Origin: a candidate division WOR-3 bacterium
GTDB lineage: Bacteria > Hydrothermota > Hydrothermia > JBDRYB01
DNA length: 55,123 nucleotides
Reading direction: 5' to 3'
Assembly: GCA_039803205.1 (NCBI GenBank)
Contig: JBDRYB010000011.1
Span: 1-55,123 of the forward strand
Under the pieces are notes generated by a model. The model was given only the letters and a program-made list of their open reading frames with translations, searched no databases and was not told the DNA's origin. Position numbers and translations under genes: made by a program. This document shows positions 8,352 to 18,436 of this stretch, piece after piece (the first letter of the stretch is position 1; each line of letters starts with the position of its first letter).

Positions 8352-10708
8352 GGGTGCTCTACAAGATGATCCGCGAGTTCCTCCCGTCCTTGCCCGGTCC
8401 GGAGGAGCTTCGCCATATATTCCCGCGCGTGGGGCTTGAGGTAGAGGGATACCGAGACCTCTCTGAGGGGCTTCGGGGGAAGTTGATAGCGGGAATCGTC
8501 AAGAAGATTGAAAGGGACAGCAGGCTCAACCTAATGGAGGTATTCGTTGGGGATGGGATAATAAACGCCATAACAACGAGCCCGGTTGAGTCCGGCGAGA
8601 CCGTTATCCTGGCTCTGCCGGGGGCGACTCTGCCCTCCGGAATGACAATAGAAAAAAGGGTAATAAGGGGTCATCCATCAGAGGCAATGGCGATATCCGA
8701 GGAGGAGGTTGGGCTTGCCGAATCATCCTCCACCATCCTCAGGCTTCCTGAGGGTATATTGAGACCCGGCGACGACCCCATAGCCTATCTGTGTTTGGAT
8801 GACTGGCTCTTTGATCTTTACATATTCCCGAACCGAGGAGACCTCATGGGCGCTTGGGGGGTAGCGTGCGAGCTGGCCCCTATTGTTGGCGAAAGACCTC
8901 GCATCCCCGATCCCGAGGTTTCTGAGGACCCTTCAATTGAGGCTTATCCTGTTGAGCTCGCTGATCCCGAATCGTGCCCGAGGTATGTGGCGAGGGTCAT
9001 CAGATCCACCTCGGTCACCCGTTCTCCAGCCTGGCTCAGACACCGGCTCGCCCTGCTCGGCCAAAGGCCCATAAACAACATCGTTGATGCGTCAAACTAT
9101 GTGCTCTTCTGGCTCGGCCATCCAACACACACATTTGATCTGTCTGAGCTCTCCGGCAGGATAGTTGTCAGGAGGGCGCAGGACGGAGAGACCATGGCTA
9201 TGCTTGACGAGACAAAGAGGTCATTTGATGCGGAGATGCTCCTTATTGCTGATGAGAAAAGGGGTCTCGCTCTTGCAGGCGTAATGGGCGGAGAGGGTTC
9301 AGGGGTCTCTGATGCCACTGAGGATGTGCTCATTGAATCCGCTTATTTCAACCCGCAGAGGATAGCCTATGCCTCAAGAAAGACCGGCATGATAACCGAG
9401 TCCTCAAGGCGGTTTGAGCGAGGGGCAGACCCCTTGATGGCTCCGATTGCATCCCGTTGGGTTGCCCGGCTCATCCAGGAGACAGGCGGGGGAAGGATAG
9501 GCCCTGAGAACGACGCTCGGGCCAGGGATTTTTCCAGGAAAGGCCTAACCGTTTCCCTTGCTTGGTTAAAGAGGTTTTCCGGCGCGGATATTCCATTAGA
9601 GGAGACAATAAGGATAACAGATGCTCTTGACCTAAACCCTGTGGTGGAGGGGGATTCCCTCAGGCTTGAGATCCCGCCAAGACGTCATGACCTCAGCATA
9701 AAGGAGGACATAGCAGAAGAGATAATCCGGTTCTGGGGCTACGAAAGGCTTCCGGATGATGCACCCACCATAAGCAGAACGAGGGGGTTCAGCGGCCAGA
9801 GCCACCTTGATGGGCTTGCCCTAGCGCTTTCGGGCTCAGGGCTTTACGAGGCAAGAACCCTCGGATTGCACGGCCCTCGGGAGCTGTCCCTTTGGGGCTT
9901 CGATCCTGAGCGTTGGGTTAGGATATCAAACCCAATAGGGGAGGACTTTTCCGTAGCGAGGCCATCCCTCTTGCCCGGCCTGGTCCGTTCCCTCGCTTTG
10001 AACCTGAACAGAGGGAGGGGGGGCCTCATGCTCTTTGAGATAGGCGGGGTGTTTTCCTGGCGAGGGGATAATGAGCTCCCTGATGAGGCCCAACTGCTCG
10101 GGATAGTTGGAGGAGGGGAGTTCCCCAGGACCCCGTTTTCCGCTGAGGAAGAGATAGGCCCCGCACATCTGAAGGGCGTTCTGGACCTCGTTTTTGCCTT
10201 TCTGGGAAGGGAATACTCTATGGCAAGGGCCCAGAGGCCATATCTGGTTCCCGGAACCGCGTGGGAGATAATTCACGACCGAGAGACGCTCGGAGTCGCT
10301 GGGCTTCTCAGGGAAGAGATAGCCTCTTTTTATGAGATCAAACACGATATCTGGCTCGCTGAGCTCTCGGTCCCTGAGCCGACCGAAAGCCTGTATCGTC
10401 CAATACCCCGTTTTCCTCCTGTAAAGAGGGACATAGCTTTTATCGCTGATGAGGACATACCATTCCAGGAGGTTTTCTCTGCGGTTCGGGATGCCGCGAG
10501 GTGCGAGGTTCCTGTGGTAGTGAGGCCCATTGATGTCTACAGGGGTCAGAACATACCCGAGGGAAAGGTCTCGTATGCCTTCTCGCTTGCTTATTACCAT
10601 CCTGAGAGGACCCTAACAGACCAGGAGGTTGATGTTTGGTTTTCCTCCCTGATGAAAAAACTCAGCGAGGAGGGTTATCATATAAGGGAGAAGCGCCATG
10701 CTGGGTGA
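8348..10708 (+). CDS. pheT: Phenylalanine-tRNA ligase beta subunit
   Basis: PNRGD, INNIVD..NYV, RFERG.D, EEI.R..GY and FDX-ACB RFP.V.RDIA motifs. Confidence 0.95.
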   Translation: MRVLYKMIREFLPSLPGPEELRHIFPRVGLEVEGYRDLSEGLRGKLIAGIVKKIERDSRLNLMEVFVGDGIINAITTSPVESGETVILALPGATLPSGMTIEKRVIRGHPSEAMAISEEEVGLAESSSTILRLPEGILRPGDDPIAYLCLDDWLFDLYIFPNRGDLMGAWGVACELAPIVGERPRIPDPEVSEDPSIEAYPVELADPESCPRYVARVIRSTSVTRSPAWLRHRLALLGQRPINNIVDASNYVLFWLGHPTHTFDLSELSGRIVVRRAQDGETMAMLDETKRSFDAEMLLIADEKRGLALAGVMGGEGSGVSDATEDVLIESAYFNPQRIAYASRKTGMITESSRRFERGADPLMAPIASRWVARLIQETGGGRIGPENDARARDFSRKGLTVSLAWLKRFSGADIPLEETIRITDALDLNPVVEGDSLRLEIPPRRHDLSIKEDIAEEIIRFWGYERLPDDAPTISRTRGFSGQSHLDGLALALSGSGLYEARTLGLHGPRELSLWGFDPERWVRISNPIGEDFSVARPSLLPGLVRSLALNLNRGRGGLMLFEIGGVFSWRGDNELPDEAQLLGIVGGGEFPRTPFSAEEEIGPAHLKGVLDLVFAFLGREYSMARAQRPYLVPGTAWEIIHDRETLGVAGLLREEIASFYEIKHDIWLAELSVPEPTESLYRPIPRFPPVKRDIAFIADEDIPFQEVFSAVRDAARCEVPVVVRPIDVYRGQNIPEGKVSYAFSLAYYHPERTLTDQEVDVWFSSLMKKLSEEGYHIREKRHAG

Positions 10709-10898
10709 GGAGATACCCGATATTTCAGGCCAGGTTCAGGAGATAGTGGAGAAGTATCACGCGAGGGGAGAGGAGCTCCGGCGCCTGAGGCGCCGCATAG
10801 GGGAGATGGAGCGAGGCCTAGCGGAGATAGAACGCAGGCTCGCGAGGCTCCTTGAGCGGATTGAAAAGGAGGCGAAAGGTGAAGAAATTGAGCATTAA
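10698..10898 (+). CDS. Short coiled-coil protein (ZapB-like position)
   Basis: Heptad-rich 66 aa lying between pheT and zapA. Confidence 0.5.
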   Translation: MLGEEIPDISGQVQEIVEKYHARGEELRRLRRRIGEMERGLAEIERRLARLLERIEKEAKGEEIEH

Positions 10899-11154
10899 TG
10901 TGATGGGAAAGGCCCACTCCTTTCTGGTTGATGACGAGGACGCGCCAACCGCGCAGGAGGCCTTATCCCTCATGGAAAGGGTCATAGGAGAGGTGGAATC
11001 CGATCCCAAGAGGCCATCCCAGCCAGAAGCGGTTTGCATAATCGCTTGTTTCAGGCTCGCGGCTGAGCTCCTGCGGGCAAGGGCGGAGATAAAGCGCACC
11101 GAGAGCATACTCAAGGGCTTTAGGGCCTTGGAGGAACGCCATGGAGATATTTGA
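10879..11154 (+). CDS. zapA: Cell division protein ZapA-like; GTG start at 10879
   Basis: Beta-hairpin ISINVMGK-type start, helical C-terminus with IIACFRLAAEL, pheT-zapA-rny synteny, AGGAGG upstream. Confidence 0.6.
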   Translation: MKKLSINVMGKAHSFLVDDEDAPTAQEALSLMERVIGEVESDPKRPSQPEAVCIIACFRLAAELLRARAEIKRTESILKGFRALEERHGDI

Positions 11155-12373
11155 GAAGCGCGAGGATGCCCCTCTGGCTCTGAGGGTTACCCCGAAAACC
11201 CTTGATGAGGTTGTGGGTCAGGATCACATCCTGGGGAAAGGCAAACCGCTGAGAAGGCTCATAGAAACCGGAAACCTCAGGGCCGCTATATTCTTTGGCC
11301 CACCAGGAACCGGAAAGACATCCGTGGCCAGGATAATTGCTCATCGTTTCGGTTCAAGGGTCTTTCATGTGAACGCATCAGAGCTCAAGCCAAAGGACCT
11401 CGTTGCCGCTCTTGAGTCAGCGGAAAGTTTCTTCCAGTCAACCGGTTCCCGTGCCCTTGTTTTCGTTGACGAGATACACAGATTTGACAGGAGGAGCCAG
11501 GAGGTCCTTTTATCAAGGCTTGAAAGGGGCGGCCTGGTTTTCATAGGTTCAACGGTCCACAACCCTGGCTTTGCTTTGTCCAAGGCCATTCTATCCAGGG
11601 TTTTGCTCTTTGAGTTCCGGGAACTGAAACGAGAGGATGTGCTTCTCGGCCTAAAGAGGGCAGTGGAGAAGGAGAGGATCCGGATCTCAGACGAGGTGCT
11701 TGACATGATAGCCAGGGCATCCGAAGGGGATCTGAGGAGGGCCCTTAACTATCTTGAAGCCTCGACAATAGAGGGCAGGGTTGATGAATCAGACGCCAGG
11801 GAGGTTTTAAGGGGAGCGTATCTGAGGTTTGACAAGACAGGGGACGAACGCTATGACATGATGAGCGCTCTAATAAAGAGCATAAGGGGCTCTGACCCTG
11901 ACGCGTCCGCATACTGGTTCATGAGGCTCCTGGATGCAGGAGAGGACCCGCTTTACATAGCCAGAAGGCTTCAGGTCCACGCGGCAGAGGATGTTGGCCT
12001 GGCTGATCCGAGGGCTATCCTTGTGGCGGATGCGGCCGCTTCTGCCTTTGAGCGCGTCGGTAGGCCAGAGGGGGACATAATCCTGATGGAGGCTGTTTTG
12101 TTTCTAGCGACAAGGCCAAAGTCAAACACGGTCGTGAGGACAATGTGGGCGGTGAGGTCAGCCATAGCCGAAGGGAAGGTATATCCAGTGCCCCAGCACC
12201 TCATGGATAGCCACTATGCCTTGGCGAAAAAGCTCGGTAGGGGAAAGGGTTATAAGTATCCTTATGTTGATAAAGGGCCGCAGACATATCTTCCCCCAGA
12301 GCTCATCGGAACGAGGTTTTTTGAGCCAGCGGATTCAGGGGAAGAGAGAAAACTGAAAGGAGATCAAGCATGA
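11141..12373 (+). CDS. rarA: Replication-associated recombination protein A (MgsA/RarA)
   Basis: PLA.R..P..L.EVVGQ, GPPGTGKT, DEIHRF, SALIKSIRGSDPDA, GKGYKYP. Confidence 0.95.
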   Translation: MEIFEKREDAPLALRVTPKTLDEVVGQDHILGKGKPLRRLIETGNLRAAIFFGPPGTGKTSVARIIAHRFGSRVFHVNASELKPKDLVAALESAESFFQSTGSRALVFVDEIHRFDRRSQEVLLSRLERGGLVFIGSTVHNPGFALSKAILSRVLLFEFRELKREDVLLGLKRAVEKERIRISDEVLDMIARASEGDLRRALNYLEASTIEGRVDESDAREVLRGAYLRFDKTGDERYDMMSALIKSIRGSDPDASAYWFMRLLDAGEDPLYIARRLQVHAAEDVGLADPRAILVADAAASAFERVGRPEGDIILMEAVLFLATRPKSNTVVRTMWAVRSAIAEGKVYPVPQHLMDSHYALAKKLGRGKGYKYPYVDKGPQTYLPPELIGTRFFEPADSGEERKLKGDQA

Positions 12374-13926
12374 ACTATCTTCTAGCCATCATAACTGGAT
12401 TAGTCTGCCTCCTTCTGGGGGCTTTTTTCGCTTTTTTGTGGGCCTCGGTAGGAATCAAGCGCAGAATAGCTGAGGCCAAGACCCAAGCCGAGAAAGCGCT
12501 CTCTGAGGCAAAGGAGGAAGCCAGGAGGATAGTGGAGAGGGCAGAGAAGGAGGCCGCGGAACGCTGGGAGCGTGAACGCAGGGAGTTTGAGCGCCAGACC
12601 AGGGCTGAGCGGAGGGAGCTGGAGCTTGAGCGAAAACAGCTGAGCGAGGCCAGGATTGAAATAGAGAAGCTCAAGGATTCACTGAACAGCAGGGAACGCT
12701 ATCTCAGAGATTTACAGAAGAACCTGAAACAGAAGGAAAAGGCCCTTTCCGCGCGAGAACAGCGGATAGAGGAAAGGAACAGGGATGTGATAAAGAGGCT
12801 TGAGCAGGTCGCGAGGATGACGAGGGATGAGGCGAGGGAGGAGCTGATGAAGAGCATAGAGAGCCAGGTTAGATACGAGGCCGCTCAGATGGCATACAGG
12901 ATAAAAGAGGAAGCGAGGCTAAAGGCGGAGAGGGAGGCTAAGGAGATAATAGCCTCAGCCATACAGCGCTGTGCCGCTTCCCATGCCGCAGAGACAACGG
13001 TCACGGTTGTCCCCCTCCCCTCTGATGATATAAAGGGGAGGATAATAGGGCGCGAGGGAAGAAACATCAGGGCCTTTGAGGCCGCAACCGGGGTTGAGGT
13101 GATAATTGATGATACCCCTGAGGCCGCTACCTTGTCCTCTTTTGACCCAGTGAGGCGCGAGATAGCGAGGATAACCCTCGAGGCCCTAATAAAGGATGGG
13201 CGCATACACCCCGCTCGGATAGAGGAGATCGTTGAAAAAGCCAAGAGCGAGTTTGAGGGCTATGTCCGCGAGATAGGCCAGAACATCCTCCTTGAGCTTG
13301 GGATTTCGGACATGAATCCGGACCTAGTTGCCATAGTTGGCAAGATGAAATTCAGGTCTTCATACGGCCAGAACCTCCTCCAGCACTCAATTGAGGTAGC
13401 GCGGCTCGCAGGGCTCATGGCCTCGGAGCTCGGGCTTGATGCGGAAAAGGCCAGAAGAGCAGGGCTTCTTCACGATATAGGCAAAACCTCTGAGATGGAA
13501 GGCCCACACGCTCCCCTGGGCGCGCAGATGGCGAAGCGCCTTGGCGAGGATGATCTTATAGTGAACGCGATAGCCGCGCATCACGAAGACGAAAGCCCAG
13601 CGAGCCCCATAGCTGTTCTGGTCGCCGCGGCGGACGCCATATCAGGAGCCAGACCTGGCGCTCGGAGGGAGACCCTTGAGGCTTACATAAAACGCATAGA
13701 GCGCCTAGAGGAGATAGCTGCCGCTCATCCGGGGGTTGAGGCTTCCTATGCCATGCAGGCTGGACGAGAGCTGAGGGTCATCGTTGAGGCTGAGAGCGTC
13801 TCGGACGCTGAGGCCATGGAGCTCGCTAGGTCAATAGCTCAGGAGGTTGAGGCGTCCATGGAGTATCCAGGGCAGATAAAGGTGGTCGTTATAAGGGAGA
13901 CGAGGGCGATTGAATACGCCAGATGA
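12370..13926 (+). CDS. rny: Ribonuclease Y
   Basis: N-terminal TM and coiled coil; KGRIIGREGRNIR (KH domain); LHDIGK (HD domain); YPGQIKV. Confidence 0.97.
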   Translation: MNYLLAIITGLVCLLLGAFFAFLWASVGIKRRIAEAKTQAEKALSEAKEEARRIVERAEKEAAERWERERREFERQTRAERRELELERKQLSEARIEIEKLKDSLNSRERYLRDLQKNLKQKEKALSAREQRIEERNRDVIKRLEQVARMTRDEAREELMKSIESQVRYEAAQMAYRIKEEARLKAEREAKEIIASAIQRCAASHAAETTVTVVPLPSDDIKGRIIGREGRNIRAFEAATGVEVIIDDTPEAATLSSFDPVRREIARITLEALIKDGRIHPARIEEIVEKAKSEFEGYVREIGQNILLELGISDMNPDLVAIVGKMKFRSSYGQNLLQHSIEVARLAGLMASELGLDAEKARRAGLLHDIGKTSEMEGPHAPLGAQMAKRLGEDDLIVNAIAAHHEDESPASPIAVLVAAADAISGARPGARRETLEAYIKRIERLEEIAAAHPGVEASYAMQAGRELRVIVEAESVSDAEAMELARSIAQEVEASMEYPGQIKVVVIRETRAIEYAR

Positions 13927-15083
13927 AGATCGTTTACGCGAGCTACAACCCCTTTACCCCTGAGGTCCGTGTGGGCGCGCATTACTACTCATCCTTAATG
14001 GCATCCGAGGGGCACAGTGTCCTTTATCTAGCGGATCCGGATTTCATATTTCATCACCTGGACAAGCGCGAGCATGTCCGTGAGGGTTGCAGGGAGTGGT
14101 ATAGGATCAAGAGGATGGGCGCGGTCCGTCTCCCAGAAGGCCCCGTGCAGTATCTTCCCAGCTCTCTCATCCCCACTCTCCGAAGGTTCTGGCCATTTAA
14201 CACCCCCCGGGCCGCGCTTGCCGCGGCAAGGGTCACCTGGCCCTCTGTAAAAGGCGTGGCAAGGAAGCTTGGGTTTTCGGAACCGGATCTCTTCTGGATA
14301 GAGAATGTCAGATACCTCTATCTGAGAGAAAAGCTGGGAGCCCCAATGCTCGTCCAGCGCGTCCATGATATGACCCTGGCCTCGCCAGTTGAGAAAACCA
14401 TAAGGGATCTCTTCGTTGAGAGCCTCAGGAAAAGCTCTGTTGTTTTTTGCATGAGCAAGTCCCTTATGGATGACTATATCGTGGAGCTCTGCCGCGATCC
14501 CCACAAGGTTCACTACCTCCCGAACGGGGTCTCTGAGAAGTGGTTCTCCGTGCCGAAGAATCTACCCGAGCCACCGGATCTTTCCCCTATCCCGAAACCA
14601 AGGGTCATAATGGTTGGAGTCTATGAGTTCTGGGTTGATTATCAGAAGCTCTGGCAAGTAGCCAGGGCGCTTCCGGATGTGAGCTTCATCATGGTTGGCC
14701 CTCTCCAGGTAATCCTGCCAGCGGACAAGCCGGAGAACATTCATTTCCTGGGCAAGAGGCCGCACGAGATCATACCAGCATACCTGAGAAATTCGGATGT
14801 CGGCCTGTCCATCTTTGCTAGAACACCGTTCACCGAGTATGTTAATCTCATAAAGCTCTATGAATACCTGGCCATGGGCCTTCCAGCGGTCTCCACCGCT
14901 CACCGCGAGCTCTCGCTCATTGATGCTCCCTGGCGTCTGGCCGATTCCCCTGAGGATTTCGTCAGGGCTATCAGGGAGAGCCTTGAGGTTAACGAGGATG
15001 ATAGAAAGTGCTATGTTGATTTTGCCCGGGCCAATACCTGGGAAAGGAGGTTTGATACGGTCAAGGAGGTTTTAGGGCTTTGA
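13923..15083 (+). CDS. Glycosyltransferase, family 4
   Basis: YLPNGV, IHFLGKRP, IKLYEYLAMGLPAVST, NTWERR. Confidence 0.85.
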   Translation: MKIVYASYNPFTPEVRVGAHYYSSLMASEGHSVLYLADPDFIFHHLDKREHVREGCREWYRIKRMGAVRLPEGPVQYLPSSLIPTLRRFWPFNTPRAALAAARVTWPSVKGVARKLGFSEPDLFWIENVRYLYLREKLGAPMLVQRVHDMTLASPVEKTIRDLFVESLRKSSVVFCMSKSLMDDYIVELCRDPHKVHYLPNGVSEKWFSVPKNLPEPPDLSPIPKPRVIMVGVYEFWVDYQKLWQVARALPDVSFIMVGPLQVILPADKPENIHFLGKRPHEIIPAYLRNSDVGLSIFARTPFTEYVNLIKLYEYLAMGLPAVSTAHRELSLIDAPWRLADSPEDFVRAIRESLEVNEDDRKCYVDFARANTWERRFDTVKEVLGL

Positions 15084-16192
15084 GGGTCTTGGTGAATGCT
15101 ACCCTTGCCGGCTCCAAAAGCAGCGGCCTAGGCCATTATGTGCTTTCCTTGCTGAGGGAGCTGAGAGAATTTCCCGTTGATATAATAGTTCTAGCGACTC
15201 ACCCTGAGCTGTTTTCCGGGGAATTTGAAACGATTCATGTGAAAGGGCCTCTCGGGCCAGAGCACGGCGGAAAGAGCAACAGGCTCAGGTATATGTGGAT
15301 ACAGACCAGCCTAAGAGCCCTTCTGAGAAGGCTTCGGCCTGAGGCCCTTTTGATGCCAACCCACGAGGTTCTTATCTGCCCTCCGGTTCCGCAGGTCGTG
15401 ATCATCCACGACATAATCCCCTTCATCTTCCAGAAGGATCACAGGTTCCTCGGAAAGTATTTCAGGTTCGTTTTGCCCTATGCTCTGAAGACATCAGCGA
15501 TCAGGATAATAACCGACTCAGAATCTACGAGAAATGACCTCCTGAGATACTATGGCATCCGAGGAAGCAAGGTGGTCACGATCCACGCGGGGCCTGGCCT
15601 TAACCTCGGTTTTAACGATCTGGATCAGGAGATTCCAGAACATTTCGTATTGTATGTGGGCAGGATAGCCCCATACAAGAACCTCTCGGGGCTTTTGGAT
15701 GCCCTTTCGGTCCTCAGGGATTCTTTTCCCCTTCACCTGGTCATAGCAGGGGCTGGCTCGCCGGATAACCAGCGATTCATACCAGAGCTCTTGGAAAGGG
15801 CCAGGAGGCTTGGTTTGAGCGAGAGGATAAGCTTCCTGAGCTATGTGCCTGATTCCCAGATGGGAACGCTTTACAAGAGGGCCTCCCTCCTGGTTCTACC
15901 CTCGTTTTACGAGGGATTCGGTTTTCCTCCCCTTGAGGCAATGCGGTGCGGCGCTCCGGTCGCGGTATCCAGGATACCAGCTCTGGTGGAGACGGTCGGA
16001 ACCGCAGGGCTCTTCTTTGATCCCGCTGATCCGAATGACATCGCTAGGGCCATACGAATGGTTCTTACGGACAGCTCGCTCAGGGAGAACTTGATAAGGG
16101 AAGGCTTTCGTAGGTCATCGGATTTCTCTTGGAAGAAGACAGCCGAGAGGATTTACGGGGTTCTGCAGGAGGTTGCCGGAGGAAGCGCTTGA
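15080..16192 (+). CDS. Glycosyltransferase, family 4 (MtfB/WbpY-like)
   Basis: IHDI, YVGRIAPYKN, PSFYEGFGFPPLEAM, FSWKKTA. Confidence 0.9.
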   Translation: MRVLVNATLAGSKSSGLGHYVLSLLRELREFPVDIIVLATHPELFSGEFETIHVKGPLGPEHGGKSNRLRYMWIQTSLRALLRRLRPEALLMPTHEVLICPPVPQVVIIHDIIPFIFQKDHRFLGKYFRFVLPYALKTSAIRIITDSESTRNDLLRYYGIRGSKVVTIHAGPGLNLGFNDLDQEIPEHFVLYVGRIAPYKNLSGLLDALSVLRDSFPLHLVIAGAGSPDNQRFIPELLERARRLGLSERISFLSYVPDSQMGTLYKRASLLVLPSFYEGFGFPPLEAMRCGAPVAVSRIPALVETVGTAGLFFDPADPNDIARAIRMVLTDSSLRENLIREGFRRSSDFSWKKTAERIYGVLQEVAGGSA

Positions 16193-17292
16193 GGGTCTTC
16201 GTCAACGCCACCATAGTTGACAGGGAGCCATATGGGCTCGGCCACTACGCTCTTCAGCTGATCCATCACCTGAGGAGTGCGGCCGATTTGGTCGTGGCCA
16301 CATCCGTCCCGGAGCACTTTTCCGGGGTGGAGGTAGTTGAGGTTCCAGCCTGGGTAAGGTCAAGCGAAACAAGGTTCAAGGGCAAGCCCAGATACATATA
16401 TCTCAATACCCTCCTGAGGGGACTGATAAAGAGGCTCAGACCACAGGTAATTCTCTCTCCCAATCACGAGGTCATGTTTCGCCCGCCTGTGCCGCAGGTT
16501 GTAATTATTCACGATCTCATAGCGTATTTCTATCCGGACCTCATCCCCGGCCAAGGCTTTTACTACAGGAAGGTTTTGCCCGGTCTTTTACGCGGCCACG
16601 CTCGCAGGATAATAACCGTATCCGAGTCAACCAGAGAGGACCTCATAAAGGAGTATGGTATTCCGGGGGAGATGGTCATAGCGGTTCATTCTGGCGCGGG
16701 CGTAGAGCCGGGTTTTGATGAGCCGGGTTTCCCTCTTCCGGAGAGATACATCCTTTATGTGGGGAGTTTCCTGCCATACAAGAATCTCAGGGCTTTGCTG
16801 GAAGCCTTTGGCATCTTGGAGCATGAGGATCTTCATCTGGTCATCGCTGGCCCCACCGCGGGCAAGAACCGAAAGCTCTCGCGCGAGCTTCTCGCCCAGG
16901 TTCTCGCCAAAGGGCTTTCTGAAAGGGTTGCTTTTGTTGGCTATGTTCCTTCATCCCAGCTGGGAACCCTCTACAGGAACGCGGAGCTTCTCGTCCTACC
17001 CTCCCTCTACGAGGGATTCGGTTTTCCCCCGCTGGAGGCTATGTCCTGCGGCACTCCTGTGGCTGTGTCTCGGATACCCGCGCTGGTTGAGACAGTAGGT
17101 GATGCTGGGTTATACTTTGATCCCCGGTCTCCGGAGGACATGGCTAAGGCTATTGGAAGGCTTTTGAGCGACCGGCAACTGCGCGAGGAGATGGTTATGA
17201 AAGGCAAGGAGAGAGTTAAGTTTTTCTCCTGGGAGAGGACAGCGGCACGCGTTTACGAGGCCCTTTGCGAGGCAGTGAGAGGCCGCTCATGA
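16189..17292 (+). CDS. Glycosyltransferase, family 4, paralog of the preceding gene; TTG start at 16189
   Basis: IHDL, YVGSFLPYKN, PSLYEGFGFPPLEAM; TTGA overlap with the upstream stop. Confidence 0.9.
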   Translation: MRVFVNATIVDREPYGLGHYALQLIHHLRSAADLVVATSVPEHFSGVEVVEVPAWVRSSETRFKGKPRYIYLNTLLRGLIKRLRPQVILSPNHEVMFRPPVPQVVIIHDLIAYFYPDLIPGQGFYYRKVLPGLLRGHARRIITVSESTREDLIKEYGIPGEMVIAVHSGAGVEPGFDEPGFPLPERYILYVGSFLPYKNLRALLEAFGILEHEDLHLVIAGPTAGKNRKLSRELLAQVLAKGLSERVAFVGYVPSSQLGTLYRNAELLVLPSLYEGFGFPPLEAMSCGTPVAVSRIPALVETVGDAGLYFDPRSPEDMAKAIGRLLSDRQLREEMVMKGKERVKFFSWERTAARVYEALCEAVRGRS

Positions 17293-18422
17293 GGACAGCC
17301 CTAGTTCATGACTGGCTCATTGATTTCAGGGGCGCTGAGAGGGTGGTTGAGCAGATAGTCCAGATACCAGAACTGGGCATCAAAAAGCTGTATACCCTGC
17401 TTTTTTCAAGGAACGAGTTTCTTGACTCGCCCATAGGCAACCTGGAGGTGGAGGAATCCGTGTTGGTAAAATTCCCCCTCTCCAAGAGGTTTTACAGACA
17501 ATACATAATTCTCCTCCCTTTCTCAGCGGAGCAATTTGACCTTTCTGAATACGATATGGTCATCTCCTCAAGCCACTCCGTTGCAAAGGGTGTCATAACC
17601 AGGTCAGATCAACTTCATGTTTCATATTGCCACACCCCGATGCGCTATGTCTGGGATTTGTATCACCTATACCTCCGTCAGATGGGGCTGACCAAGGGTA
17701 TAAAGGGCAACATAGTGAGGCTGATATTCCACTATGTTCGGATGTGGGATTACCTGGCTTCAAGGAGGGTTGACATCTTTGTGGCCAACAGCAATTACAT
17801 TGCGAGGCGCATAAAGAAACACTATGGCCGCGAGGCCACCGTGATTTATCCTCCTGTGAATACCGATAGGTTCATGCCATCATCCAGACGGGAGGATTAT
17901 TTCATCACCGTATCGCATCTGGTTCCTTACAAGAGGATTGACCTCATAGTGAGGGCTTTCAACAAGATCAACCTGCCCCTTTTGGTCATAGGCGATGGTC
18001 CAGACATGCGGGCCATCAAGTCCATCGCGGGCCAGAATATTGAGCTCCTCGGGAGGCTTTCGGACCAGGAGGTCTCCGAATACATGTCAAAAGCAAGAGC
18101 ATTTGTTTACGCGGCAGAGGAGGATTTCGGTATCGTTCCGGTTGAGGCGCAGTCCGCCGGCGTTCCTGTTATTGCTTTTGGGAAAGGAGGGGTCGGGGAG
18201 AGCATTCTGGATGGGGAAACCGGCGTCTTGTTCCAAGAACAGAATGTCGCGTCCCTCATAGGCGCTATTCAGCGCTTCCTTAAATACGAGGATAGATTTG
18301 ATCCAGCCCTTATAAGACAAAATGCACTGCGGTTCTCCGCGGAGCGTTTCCGCAAAGAGTTCAGGGATTTCGTTCTCTCAAAGTATGAAGAATTCAAGGC
18401 TGGAAAGAGCGTAAGAATGTAG
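17289..18422 (+). CDS. Glycosyltransferase, family 4 (WbaZ-like)
   Basis: ALVHDWL...GAERV, YCHTPMRY.WD, EEDFGIVPVEAQ. Confidence 0.9.
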   Translation: MRTALVHDWLIDFRGAERVVEQIVQIPELGIKKLYTLLFSRNEFLDSPIGNLEVEESVLVKFPLSKRFYRQYIILLPFSAEQFDLSEYDMVISSSHSVAKGVITRSDQLHVSYCHTPMRYVWDLYHLYLRQMGLTKGIKGNIVRLIFHYVRMWDYLASRRVDIFVANSNYIARRIKKHYGREATVIYPPVNTDRFMPSSRREDYFITVSHLVPYKRIDLIVRAFNKINLPLLVIGDGPDMRAIKSIAGQNIELLGRLSDQEVSEYMSKARAFVYAAEEDFGIVPVEAQSAGVPVIAFGKGGVGESILDGETGVLFQEQNVASLIGAIQRFLKYEDRFDPALIRQNALRFSAERFRKEFRDFVLSKYEEFKAGKSVRM

Positions 18423-18436
18423 ACCGGGGTATTTCA

